From Porphyridium purpureum (taxonomy: Eukaryota): DNA of 64,000 nucleotides. This document shows, piece by piece, positions 52,347 to 62,437 of the stretch (positions within the stretch are counted from its first letter, which is position 1; each line of letters opens with the position of its first letter). Made by a program: the position numbers and the translations under genes. Where the stretch lies: positions 62,001-126,000 of the forward strand of contig VRMN01000020.1 of the NCBI GenBank assembly GCA_008690995.1, given 5' to 3'. The notes below the pieces were generated by a model that saw only the letters and a list, made by a program, of their open reading frames with translations, was not told where the DNA came from and searched no databases.

Positions 52347-55319
52347 TCAACGCATTTGGTTCAACCGACTCTTCGCTTGCGCTATTCCCTTTTCCGCAGC
52401 CTTGCGGTACCACTCGGCGGCTGCGCGCTTGTCCTTGCGCAGACCGCCCTCTCCGTTCTCGTAACATGCACCCAAATTATACTGCGCCCTCGCGTTTCCC
52501 TGTTCCGCGGCGTGACGATACCACTCGACCGCTGCGCGCTTGTCTTGGGACAGCCCACCCTCCCCGTTGTCGTAGTAATAGCCCAAGTTATACTGCGCCG
52601 ATGCGACCCCCTGTATTGCGGCCTTGTAGAACCACTCGACCGCCGCGCGCTTGTCCTCGGGCAGACCGCCCTCCCCGTTTGCGTAGCAAAGGGCCAAGTT
52701 ATTCTGAGCCGATGCGATTCCCTGTTCCGCGGCCTTGCGGAACCACGCAACCGCCGTGCGCTTGTCCTCGCGCACAACGCCCTCTCCACTGGCGTAGCAA
52801 ACGCCCAGCATACACTGTGCCCGTGCATTTCCCTGTTCCGCGGCCTTGCGATACCACTCGACCGCCGCGCACTTGTCCTCGCGCAGACCACCCAACCCGT
52901 TCTCGTGCTGAAGGCCCAAGTTGCACTGCGCGTCTGCGTCACCCTGTTCCGCGGCCTTGCGGAACCACTCGGCCGCTGCATGCTGATCCTCGCGCAGACC
53001 GCCCCACCCCTTTTGATAAAAGTAGCCGACACGACACTGCGAGTAGGCGTCTCCCACCTGCGCCGCCTTGCGGTACCAGAGCAACGCTTCCGTGTAATTG
53101 CTGTTGGTCAACTCCTCGATCTGACCACGTCGCTGCCAGCCTGCGGCGTCGCGGCGCGCTTGCCGCTCTTCGGCCTCCAACGCTTCCAGCCATGCGGACC
53201 CGGCCGAACTGCCGAGCTTCGCGGCCTTTCCATACCACTCCTTCGCAAGACTCATGTTCTGCGGCACTCCCCGCCCAGAGTGGTGGCAGCGGCCAAACTC
53301 AATCATGGCGTCCACGTAATCTTTCTCAGCAGCGGCGCGCACCCAACCCGCGCCGTGCTCCAGGTGCTGGCTCATGCCGTGCGTACCGTCAAGCAAAATC
53401 TTGCCCAGCCGGAACCGGCCTTCCGCGGTGCCTGCTTCTGCAGCTTGCTTAATGCACTCGTACGCATTCGGCATGTTCCCTGATTGCTCCCACTCTTCTG
53501 CGAGGCGGAGCCTTTCATCAACACTCAGCACTTGCACTTGCAGAGGCCGGGATCCACTTGGCCGCGCCGGGCTGCCTCCGACGCCTGATGAGGCGGCTTC
53601 TGACCTACCAGATTCCACCGTGACCTGCGAAAACCTTGCAGCAAATGCGTCAAGCTTTGTCATGCTGGCGTCAAACGAGGGTGGAACATACTGGCTGGTC
53701 TGTGATCTTGCAGCCGCAGTGGCCCCCTCCGCACCCATCCGGTCATAAAATTCGAGCCAGACATCAGAAACCGTCGCGCGCCTCCTGGGCTCGGGCTGCA
53801 GACACGCATGTGCCATATTTACCACCCAGCTGGGCCATTGTTTAGCATACTCCGATCTCTTCAATCTGTCCCACGGCACGCCCCGCAGCGGATCTTCGAT
53901 GATCCTCAGAATTTGAACCATCGTGCAGTCGCTTTCGAACATCGCCTCGCCGAGTAGCATTTCGAACAACATGACGCCGTACGACCACACGTCGCAGGAA
54001 CGGTCGTACTGGTCGCCGCGGATAACCTCTGGTGCCATATACTGGCTGGTCCCAACCGTTGACTTTGCAAAAGCACGCGAGTTCTTCACCGTAGCCAGCC
54101 CGAAATCACTAATCTTCGGAGTCCAGTCATCCATCAGAAGAATGTTCTGGGGCTTGATATCTCGATGAACGATTTTGCTGGCATGCAGGTATTTCAAGCC
54201 CTCCAGAACCTCACGGAAAATACTCAGCAATGTGTCCTTCGGAAGCAAAGTCATAATGTTGCTAGCGAACATGTACTTTTCGAGCGAGCCTTTCGGGGCG
54301 TATTCGAGCAGAATCAGCGGCACTTCGCCTTCGTGGTCATCCACACCGGCCAATGGGTAAAAACCTCCATGCGTCCGAATAATGTTCTCGTGTGAAACTC
54401 GCCACATCATTTCTAGCTCGTTCTTAAACTCCTGTATCGCTTTGTCACCTGATGAATTGACTTGCTTGATGGCAACAGTCTCTCCCCCGCATGTGCCCCG
54501 GAAAACTGTCCCAAAGCCACCGGTGCCGAGTGTGACAAACTTTCGCTTCTTACCGTGTACGCGCTCTTCCTTTTCGACATCAGCAACGTCTATAAACCAC
54601 GGCTCGATGAGCTGCGGCTGCATTGAATCACCACCCTTAGAATGACTTGCATGACGGTATGGATTTGGAGTACTTGTCGACATGCTGTGCATTTGCAGAA
54701 CAGCGACCCTTTCCGGAAGAGCCCGTAGTTCACGCTCGAGCATTGATCTATCCCTCACTCTGTCCGCATCACGAGCGCGCATCATCTCCTGATGATTTTG
54801 CTCTAGCTTGCGCAGCAACTCCTGCTGATTCTGCTCCTGGTCGTGCGCGATTTTGGAAGTGATGATGCTCGATAATTGCGACTCGAGTTCGGTTAGCCGA
54901 TCGCCGCACGCCTGGAACTCGCCGAGGTAGTTCTTCGCCCGCATAGCGCGCACCACTTTTCCATACGCGCTTTCGGCACTTGAAAACTTCTTCACGAGCG
55001 AGCAGGCGGACTGGAGTCCAGACTCCAAGTCGCTGAGGCACGCAAGCAGACTTCTATTCATCAAGCCGTGTCTCTTGTTCATGAGCTTCTCACCATCGGG
55101 GCCAAAGTATTCAACCAGCATGTTTCTGATGCCCGTGGCGCGCTTGGCGAGCAGCATGCATGAGTCCTTGTTCGCCTTTGCCGCCTGCGCATACTCTATA
55201 ATAATCTTGGAAACCGCGTAAGCGACCGCGACGTATGGAAGTACAAGCCCGACATCGTCGACGATTGCGCCAGCCACTTTCACACCGTCCTCCCATGGCT
55301 GTCTCTTGGCCGTCGCCAT
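52347..55319 (-). CDS. MLKL-like N-terminal four-helix-bundle + Ser/Thr (TKL-like) protein kinase + Sel1-repeat protein
   Basis: The N-terminus LPYVAVAYAVSKIIIEYAQAAKANKDSCMLLAKR...LSDLESGL..ACSLVKKF resembles MLKL/HeLo-like domains. Kinase motifs LGTGGFG, VAIK, HRDIKPQN, DFG, GTSQYMAPE and DVWSYG. Sel1 units AQYNLG..Y.NG.G....D...A.EWYRKAAEQG. Confidence 0.9.
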   Translation of the reverse strand: MATAKRQPWEDGVKVAGAIVDDVGLVLPYVAVAYAVSKIIIEYAQAAKANKDSCMLLAKRATGIRNMLVEYFGPDGEKLMNKRHGLMNRSLLACLSDLESGLQSACSLVKKFSSAESAYGKVVRAMRAKNYLGEFQACGDRLTELESQLSSIITSKIAHDQEQNQQELLRKLEQNHQEMMRARDADRVRDRSMLERELRALPERVAVLQMHSMSTSTPNPYRHASHSKGGDSMQPQLIEPWFIDVADVEKEERVHGKKRKFVTLGTGGFGTVFRGTCGGETVAIKQVNSSGDKAIQEFKNELEMMWRVSHENIIRTHGGFYPLAGVDDHEGEVPLILLEYAPKGSLEKYMFASNIMTLLPKDTLLSIFREVLEGLKYLHASKIVHRDIKPQNILLMDDWTPKISDFGLATVKNSRAFAKSTVGTSQYMAPEVIRGDQYDRSCDVWSYGVMLFEMLLGEAMFESDCTMVQILRIIEDPLRGVPWDRLKRSEYAKQWPSWVVNMAHACLQPEPRRRATVSDVWLEFYDRMGAEGATAAARSQTSQYVPPSFDASMTKLDAFAARFSQVTVESGRSEAASSGVGGSPARPSGSRPLQVQVLSVDERLRLAEEWEQSGNMPNAYECIKQAAEAGTAEGRFRLGKILLDGTHGMSQHLEHGAGWVRAAAEKDYVDAMIEFGRCHHSGRGVPQNMSLAKEWYGKAAKLGSSAGSAWLEALEAEERQARRDAAGWQRRGQIEELTNSNYTEALLWYRKAAQVGDAYSQCRVGYFYQKGWGGLREDQHAAAEWFRKAAEQGDADAQCNLGLQHENGLGGLREDKCAAVEWYRKAAEQGNARAQCMLGVCYASGEGVVREDKRTAVAWFRKAAEQGIASAQNNLALCYANGEGGLPEDKRAAVEWFYKAAIQGVASAQYNLGYYYDNGEGGLSQDKRAAVEWYRHAAEQGNARAQYNLGACYENGEGGLRKDKRAAAEWYRKAAEKGIAQAKSRLNQMR
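52360..53080 (-). repeat. 111-nt (37-aa) tandem Sel1 repeat array with high DNA similarity
   Basis: The anchor CCAC(TCG) recurs at 52410, 52521, 52632, 52743, 52854 and 52965, exactly 111 nt apart. Confidence 0.92.
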
Positions 55320-58139
55320 GTCTCCTTGCGTCGGTTGCTTGCCTCACCGGATTGACAACACCGCAATACACTCGCTTGTAACCCACCGCGAGCACTGGGC
55401 ACGAGCTCTCCACAAAACGGTGACCAAGTCGGCGGACGGAACCCAAAAGTTGAGATGCCAACCCGCACGAGCGTCCCTTCGTTTTCCCATTCGCCTCTTC
55501 CAACTCCCCTCACCATGCAACCGAGCGACGCAGACCCGGTTTTAAGCCTGTTGAGCCTTTCCCGACGCGTCGGTCTGCAGAAACAACGTAGCGCGCGCAG
55601 AAAGACTCACGGTGCGATACCGTGAGAGAGACACATCACACATCCATAGCGTCTTGTGCGACAGACAGCGCGCCGCCCCGAAAAAAAGCCGCGCGTCGCA
55701 CGTGCCAACTGATCATTCCTGATATGCAAATGAAGAAAAGATTATTCCCTCCTTCCCTTTCTCCCCTCCAACGCACATCGCAACGGCGCGCGGTCTGCAC
55801 GCACGTCCGGCGCCCGCTTTTGCAGGGTTGCCGCGAGTTTCGAGGGGACTTGGAGCGAGTTTATCACTCAGAAGCGCCGTTTCAAGATTTTCGGGTGGTG
55901 TGGGGTACAGCGTGGCGCAGGAGCGCTCGAACGGAAGGAGCGAGCACGGGTGGCATGAAATTGCGCCGTTTTGATAGACCGCGAGCAGCCGTCTGAATTG
56001 AAGAAGCAAGTACAGTGAAGGCGCTAAACGAGTCGAGTACACTAGACAAGCAGGACGCTGTACCTCAGGTGTTAATTAATGCGCGCGCTCGCGTTGGTTC
56101 ACAATGTGCGCTGGTGTTGGTGGCGCGTTGATTGGGTGCCTTGAATGGGGGCGTGCGCTTGGCGCGCTTGGGTCGTCGCGGCGCGGCGGCCGCTCGTCTC
56201 TGGATGCTTGCGCGGATGTTGGGTGTATGACAGCTCTCAGTGTCGCAGCAACGCTGAAATCTGTGTCGCCGTCTGGCGCCATTCCTCCCCGACGCGTATG
56301 TGTCGCTCGAGCTCCACCGCAAAAAAAAACAGCTTGCAGGATCGCACTTGACACGCTACAGCATCGCCTGTGTTTATGGCGTCATGATTGTCGTTGTGCG
56401 AGTGGGTCATTGGCCGCGATGCCGACAGAAGGTCTGGGTGTCGCGGGAGCGATTCGGAACAGGGCAAAGTACCGCCGACTATCGCCAGCTTCTCAGCCTG
56501 CGGGTTTACGTATTGCCATACCGGCAGTGCATAAACAGAGCGAGCATGCAAGGCATCTACCCAAGCCGCGCATGCTATGCCGCAATGTGGCTGGGTTGGA
56601 ACGGGCCGTTAAACAAGCGCCACCCATTAGCAATGCTGCTGACTCCACCGTACATCTTGCTACACTCCTGCGGACGCATCAGCCTGGATGCGTACACCTG
56701 CAAGAGGCTCCGCATGCCGCGGCTGGGTTCTGTGCGGACCGGTATCGCGCGGCGGACGCATCGGTCGTTAGTTGAAATGCGCAAAGTGCGACCCACATTT
56801 GAACTGAGCTTGAGGGGCTTTGGTTCAGCCTATGCGGTCGGCATGTCTTGCTGCATCTTCCAAAAGATAGCAGGCTCGTAAATATGGTCTGAACTAGCCT
56901 GGCAACTGACTGGGCAGGAGCTCTCGATTCTCGCAAACGCGCACGTGGTACCGTCAATGAAGATGCAGTCACGCGGCACAAACTGCGGTCAGTCCAGAGT
57001 GCGCTGCCCAGATTTGAGGCCGTGATGAACTATTTACCGCAGGTGACACGAGCACGCGCAAACCGTATCTCAGACTGCTGCGCGAGTCTGCGTTGAGCTG
57101 TCGCGCAACGGGCGGTTCCACATGGCTCACCAGTTGCGCGGTCACCGAGCGACGCATGTGTGAACGCCTCTCGCGGCAAGGCAAATGTTATCTGTTTCGT
57201 GCTGCATTTGCACAATGTCTGTACCGCGGCGGATCGCGTGCGCTCGCGCGCGGCCGCGTCACCTTGTGTTTGCGTCCTCGTGCAGAAATCCAGCGTCACA
57301 ACGGGCATGCGGAACGCGCCGCATCCAGCCCGCCGCGGCGGCCGCGTCCCCGCGCCGAAGAACCGCAACCGCTTACGCGCACGCGCCGGCGCGTGCCAAA
57401 GCCCTCACGCCGGCCTCTCTGCATCACGCAGGCACGGCCAGACCACGCCTGCACCGCACTGTACCCGCTCGCTCTTCCCGCACGCTCGCTCACGGGCAGA
57501 GCGAGCGTCACCCGCCACCGCACCCGCGCGCGTGGAAGGAGCCACACGGCGCGCGCTCGACGACAAGCGCATGCTCCCTTACTCTCCTCGCGCGCCGGCA
57601 ATCGAGCGTCGCGCGCACACGCCACTAGTAGAAGACACGCACTTTGTTATCAACCGACCGATGACCCGACGGATGGATGGATCGTCTTGATCGCGTGATC
57701 GGGTGATCGAGCGCTGGGATGACCGTGTGCTTGATCGCCGGCTGGCTGGAAGAAATGAATAAATCACCGCCCGCACGATCGCGTGATTGACTGCCTACTT
57801 GAATGAGTGGCTGGATGCTCGTGCGAATGACCCACTGCTTGATGACCTGCTTGATCCATCGCGTGATGGCTCGCTTGATCCGAAGCGCTCCGATCCTCCG
57901 AAAGTCGGGTGGGTGAGTTGACGCGTTGAATGATTGGTGGGTTGTGCGGGGGGCGGGCGTCCCGTTCGTGTTGCTGCTGCGTGCGTGTGTGGAACGCGCG
58001 CGTGGCGCGTGCTGTGGCACTGCGTGGACCATGACGGACTCGATGCGGTGGCGACGCGGCGTGGCCACCCGGTGATGGCTGCTGGCACGCGGGCGTGCGT
58101 GGCGCGGCCGTGTCTCTTTCCTCCTCCCCCGGTTGCTGT

Positions 58140-58400
58140 GCACGCGCACGTGTGTGTGCGCGCGTGTGCGTGCGTGTGTGTGCGTGTGTGTGTGTGTGGC
58201 GCCGATGCGTGTGCAGCGGCACGCAGCGCGATCGGCGTGTGCGTGTCCGTGTCCGTGGAATTGTTTGCACGCGCGCACGTGGAATCGGTGGCGGTGTGTG
58301 TGTGTGGATGCACGCGGTGATTCGGTGATGCGGTGATTCGGTGATGCGGTGATTCGGTGCAGGATATTTGCACGGCGGTGTGTGTGTGTGTGTGTGCATA
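58140..58400. repeat. (TG)n/(GTGC)n microsatellites plus 16-nt GCGGTGATTCGGTGAT tandem repeat
   Basis: TG runs at about 58149-58197, 58294-58305 and 58378-58396; three 16-nt units (last one partial) at about 58314-58369. Confidence 0.85.
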
Positions 58401-58711
58401 GAGGCGGGGCGTGCATTGGTGGGGATAAGAGAGCAGGGACGGCGCGTGACCATGCGCGCGGGGGGAGTGGGTGTGTGTGTGTGACCGTGTGAGGGACGGT
58501 GCGTGCTCACGAGTGGGGTGGATTGGGAAAGTGTGGCGGAAGACGAGGAGCACGGTGCGCACGTGGCGGCGAGATACAGAACAGCGCTGGTGAATAGAGT
58601 CGCGGCGGGACGCGTTGAAGAAAGGAAGAGGAGCAAGAGAGCATTGGCGCATCAGAGCGGCTTTTTCGCGACGCGCGCGCGGCTGCCGATCTATAGGGCC
58701 AGCACGGTGAG

Positions 58712-60292
58712 ATGGCGCGCATGCGTTCGTGGGCTGGCGCCGTGGCGATCGCGCTGCTCGCGGTATGGTCGGCAAGGCACAGTGCGATCGCGCAGGAGCT
58801 CTGCCAGCTGGTCGAGCTCAGCGACCCGTGCTTGGGCGAGGGGGCGCTGGGCCTGGTTCCAGTCGCACAAGGACCGGTCGCTTGCACGCCCATCCCCGCG
58901 ACGTGTCTTAGTGGGTTCCCCGAGTGCGCGTTGCAGCCCTGCCTGAAATACGTCGAGTCGGGCGATGCCCAGCAGATGGTGCTCGAGTACGAGGATGTGT
59001 CGCAGGTAGCGCTGGAATTTTCTGCATTGCCTGTGGACGTTGTGGTCGATTACGGCGACGGAACGCTGGCGGTGTACGTGAGCATGGGGACATTCGTGCA
59101 CACTTACAGTGCGCAGGGCGACTATCCAGTCGTCATCTTGGGAAGCCTGGGCGGAATCAGGTTCTCGGACGGCATCGCGGCCGTGGCTTCGTGGGGCGAG
59201 CTCGGCCTGACCACGTTGGATGCGGCTTTCTCGGGCGTGAGTTCACTGCAGAGTCTTCCCGCGGACATTCCGCGCACCGTCACTGATCTGAGTAGCATGT
59301 TTGCGGGCTCATCTTTCAACGGAGAGATCGGCAGCTGGGATACATCTAGCGTGACAGACATGCGCGACATGTTTGAAGGCGCCAGTGCTTTCAGTCAGGA
59401 CCTCTCCAGCTGGGATGTAAGCCGAGTCCAGAGTTGCAGTGGATTCGACCTAGGAGCTCCCTTGAATTGCGCGTTTGCACCCGGGCCCCTTGGTCCCTGT
59501 GATGGAGGGTTCGCTTGCGGGCTTATGGACATGGTGCTCGAGTACCCGTTTACCACTACAGTAGCTTTGGAATTCTCTGTACCGCCTGTCGACGTTGTGG
59601 TCGATTATGGTGATGGAACGGTAACTGCGTACACGAGCGTTGGGGAAGTCGAGCATAGCTTCAACTTTATCACGGATGGTCGCGTGGTTATCTCGGGAAG
59701 TCTGGGTGGGATAAGGTTTAAGAACGGCATCAGTTTTGTGAATGCGTGGGGCGATCTGGGCCTCACCACACTGAGTGGGGCCTTCTCTGATGTAACATCG
59801 CTGCAAAGTCTTCCCGCCGACATCCCGCACACCGTCACCGACCTGACCGGCATGTTTGCGTCGTCAAACTTTAATGGAGACATTGGCTCGTGGGACGTGT
59901 CGAGGGTGACAAGTATGGCCTTGATGTTCTCATTTTCTTCGTTTAATCGAGATATTGGCGCGTGGGACACGTCCGGCGTGACAGACATGCGCGACATGTT
60001 TCTGTTTTCTTTGTTTGATGGAGATATTGGCACATGGAACACGTCCAGCGTGACAAGAATGGACTTTATGTTTTCTGAGGCATCTTTCAACCAAGACATA
60101 TCTGACTGGGATGTGAGTCGTGTCACTGACATGAGTGGCATGTTTTTCCAAGCTGCGAATTTCGACCAGGATCTTTCTCAGTGGGATGTAAGCCAAGTCA
60201 GCATGTGTGGCGACTTTGACCAAGGGGCTCCCATGAATTGCGCGTTCACGGCGGGGCCCCTTGGCCCTTGCGATGGAGGGTTGACCTGCTAG
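58712..60292 (+). CDS. Secreted DUF285 / BspA-family surface-repeat protein with two tandem modules
   Basis: Signal peptide ([14 protein letters not shown]), Cys-rich N-terminus and about 25-aa repeats [18 protein letters not shown] / [20 protein letters not shown]; modules start at 58976 and 59531. Confidence 0.9.
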   Translation: MARMRSWAGAVAIALLAVWSARHSAIAQELCQLVELSDPCLGEGALGLVPVAQGPVACTPIPATCLSGFPECALQPCLKYVESGDAQQMVLEYEDVSQVALEFSALPVDVVVDYGDGTLAVYVSMGTFVHTYSAQGDYPVVILGSLGGIRFSDGIAAVASWGELGLTTLDAAFSGVSSLQSLPADIPRTVTDLSSMFAGSSFNGEIGSWDTSSVTDMRDMFEGASAFSQDLSSWDVSRVQSCSGFDLGAPLNCAFAPGPLGPCDGGFACGLMDMVLEYPFTTTVALEFSVPPVDVVVDYGDGTVTAYTSVGEVEHSFNFITDGRVVISGSLGGIRFKNGISFVNAWGDLGLTTLSGAFSDVTSLQSLPADIPHTVTDLTGMFASSNFNGDIGSWDVSRVTSMALMFSFSSFNRDIGAWDTSGVTDMRDMFLFSLFDGDIGTWNTSSVTRMDFMFSEASFNQDISDWDVSRVTDMSGMFFQAANFDQDLSQWDVSQVSMCGDFDQGAPMNCAFTAGPLGPCDGGLTC

Positions 60293-60295
60293 CCG

Positions 60296-60960
60296 ATGAA
60301 AATGCTGCTCGAGCTCGAGGACGTTTCTCAGATGGTTTTGGAATCATCTGCACAGCCTGTAGACGTCGTGGTCGATTTTTTGGTGGTGGAACGATGACGG
60401 CACATACAGGCTTGCAGAAATTTGGATGCACCTGCAGTGCCCACGGAAACGATCGTGTCGTCATCCCGGGCAGCTTGGGTGGACTCAGTTTCTCGGAAGG
60501 CGTAACTCGTGTGGCTTGATGGGGCGAGATTGGTCTGACCACGTTGGATGCGGCTCTCCGTGAAGTGTGGTCACTGGAGAGTGTTCCCGCCGAAATAACG
60601 CGCACCGTCACAGGCTTGAGCAGCATGTTTGCGGGGTCGAGCTTCAACGGAGAGTTTGGCTCGTGCGACGTTTTAAGGGTAAAAGACATGAACTTTATTT
60701 TCGTCCGTTCGGCCTATTTTTTTGGTGGCCCGTGGCTCGTGGGAATTCAGCAGCGTGACCAGCATGCGCAGAACGTTAACCTCGGTCACTTCTTTCAGCA
60801 GGAGCATTCCTGATTGAGACAACAGCACTTGTGACGACAAGGAGCGTTCTGTTTGTCTGTTCTAGTTTTAAAGTAAAAGTTGGTTCGTGGGACGCATCTA
60901 GAGCGACATATATAGTCGATATTTGACGGCGCCACGTCTTTCAACCGGGGTAGGTACAAG
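60296..60960 (+). pseudogene. Decayed third DUF285 module
   Basis: Reads MKMLLELEDVSQMVLESSAQPVDVVVD, then a frameshift in a T run (about 60376-60381), RVVIPGSLGGLSFSEG, TGA at 60517, then [12 protein letters not shown]...[19 protein letters not shown]; end point approximate. Confidence 0.8.
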
Positions 60961-62437
60961 TTTAACATTAGCGGTGAGACAAGCATGGACTTCACGTTTC
61001 AGGGCGCCATTCCTTCCATGCAGGGACTCTCATATTGGAACTCAGCACGTGTTGCGGCAAGCCATCAAGTTTGTTGTTAATTCGTCTGGCGTTTCTTTTT
61101 TGTATTGTATGTCTTCATGAGGCCAACGTACAGATGCCCTGGAAATACTCTTTCCGGGGCGCATGTTGCTCAAGCGACAGACATTGAGAAGAATCGGCGA
61201 CCCACAAGTCAGCTCCAAGCAGTACGTCCGCGCAGCCCATGAACCTTCCAAAGCTTCCACGCACGGTCCACAACAATGTGGTTCTGCAGTCGGTTGGGGT
61301 TGCATGTTTATACTATGGCGATGATGCTGCAGCTCGAGTCTCAGCATTCGCCCCCCACTTCCACCCGCGCAGGAGTCACCGCGTGTGTTTGCTTGTGGCG
61401 TTTCGAAGTGCATCGTCAAACGTGGCGGTTTTTGGTCTTAAAGATGAGCAACGCGTCGCTGCTTTTCACATACTAAAATGCATTTAATTTGCTAGGAGAA
61501 TAATATTCCATAAGAAAACGTGCCCTAGAGCGCGACTGATTTGTACGCAAAAGAAACGTGTTTTGATATGAGAAGGTGAGCATATGAAAAGAGGGTAAAG
61601 GCGCTTGTGTTTGTAATGCATTGCATCGCCATCCCGAGGGAAGCGACTCGTGAGCACCGGGTGACAACGGGAGCGATTTGGTGCGCGCAATGCCGCGAAG
61701 CAGAAAAGACGCCGCTGGTATCAGGATGGGGTCACTGCGGCGAAACAGGTCTGGTTTGGGTTGCACGTACGCTGCTGCGGGCAGTGGGCAGGCGGGCACG
61801 CAGTGGACCGCGAGGGAGTGGGTACTGGCGGTGTGAGGCGCTTGCATATGCGTGTGTACGCATGGTGCTCCAGTGACATCGCTGCGTTTTGCGAAAGTCT
61901 GTGGATATTGAGAGTTCCGACGCCCTGAACAAGCGCTCGGCGCTCTGGCACCCCGAGGCACTGAGCCGCTCGGCGAGAGCTCCAAGGCACGTAGGGTCGG
62001 GAAGGAACACGTTCTGCGTCGTGGCTGTGATTAAAGTCCCGGCGTCGTGTCTGCTGCCGCTCGCTGTGCAGCGAAAACGGTTCGAGTTTGGGCGCAAAAC
62101 ACGTTTTGGAACGAGGTCAATCACAGAGCGCACTCGCCGGGCCCAAATGCCGTTTGTTACGTTCAGAAGCGCTGGCGGATTGGGAACGGAGCGCGCTCGC
62201 CCAGCTCGCACAGCTTGCACGCACTGCGCAGAGCCGGTAGGCTGTCCGTCTTGGCCGCGCATCGCCTGGTAAACTAGGGCGACCGGCGGGCCGCCTCGGT
62301 GCGATCCATGGCGCCGGCTCCGTTGCTAAATCATTTACTTTTGTATACCGTGCAAATGTTCTCGCGTGGTACCTCTCGAAGGCCTCACTGAGCGCCCCGC
62401 GCGCAAGAATGCTTCAACTCTGCAGACTGGAATGTGC

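Noticed and set aside
52218..53483. Two ~400-aa plus-strand ORFs
   Set aside because: They are antisense to the 111-nt Sel1 repeats; the open frames are explained by repeat periodicity and high GC.
57625..58775. Three overlapping His/Thr/Arg-rich minus-strand ORFs
   Set aside because: They derive from (CA)n/(GCAC)n microsatellites and show no domain signal.
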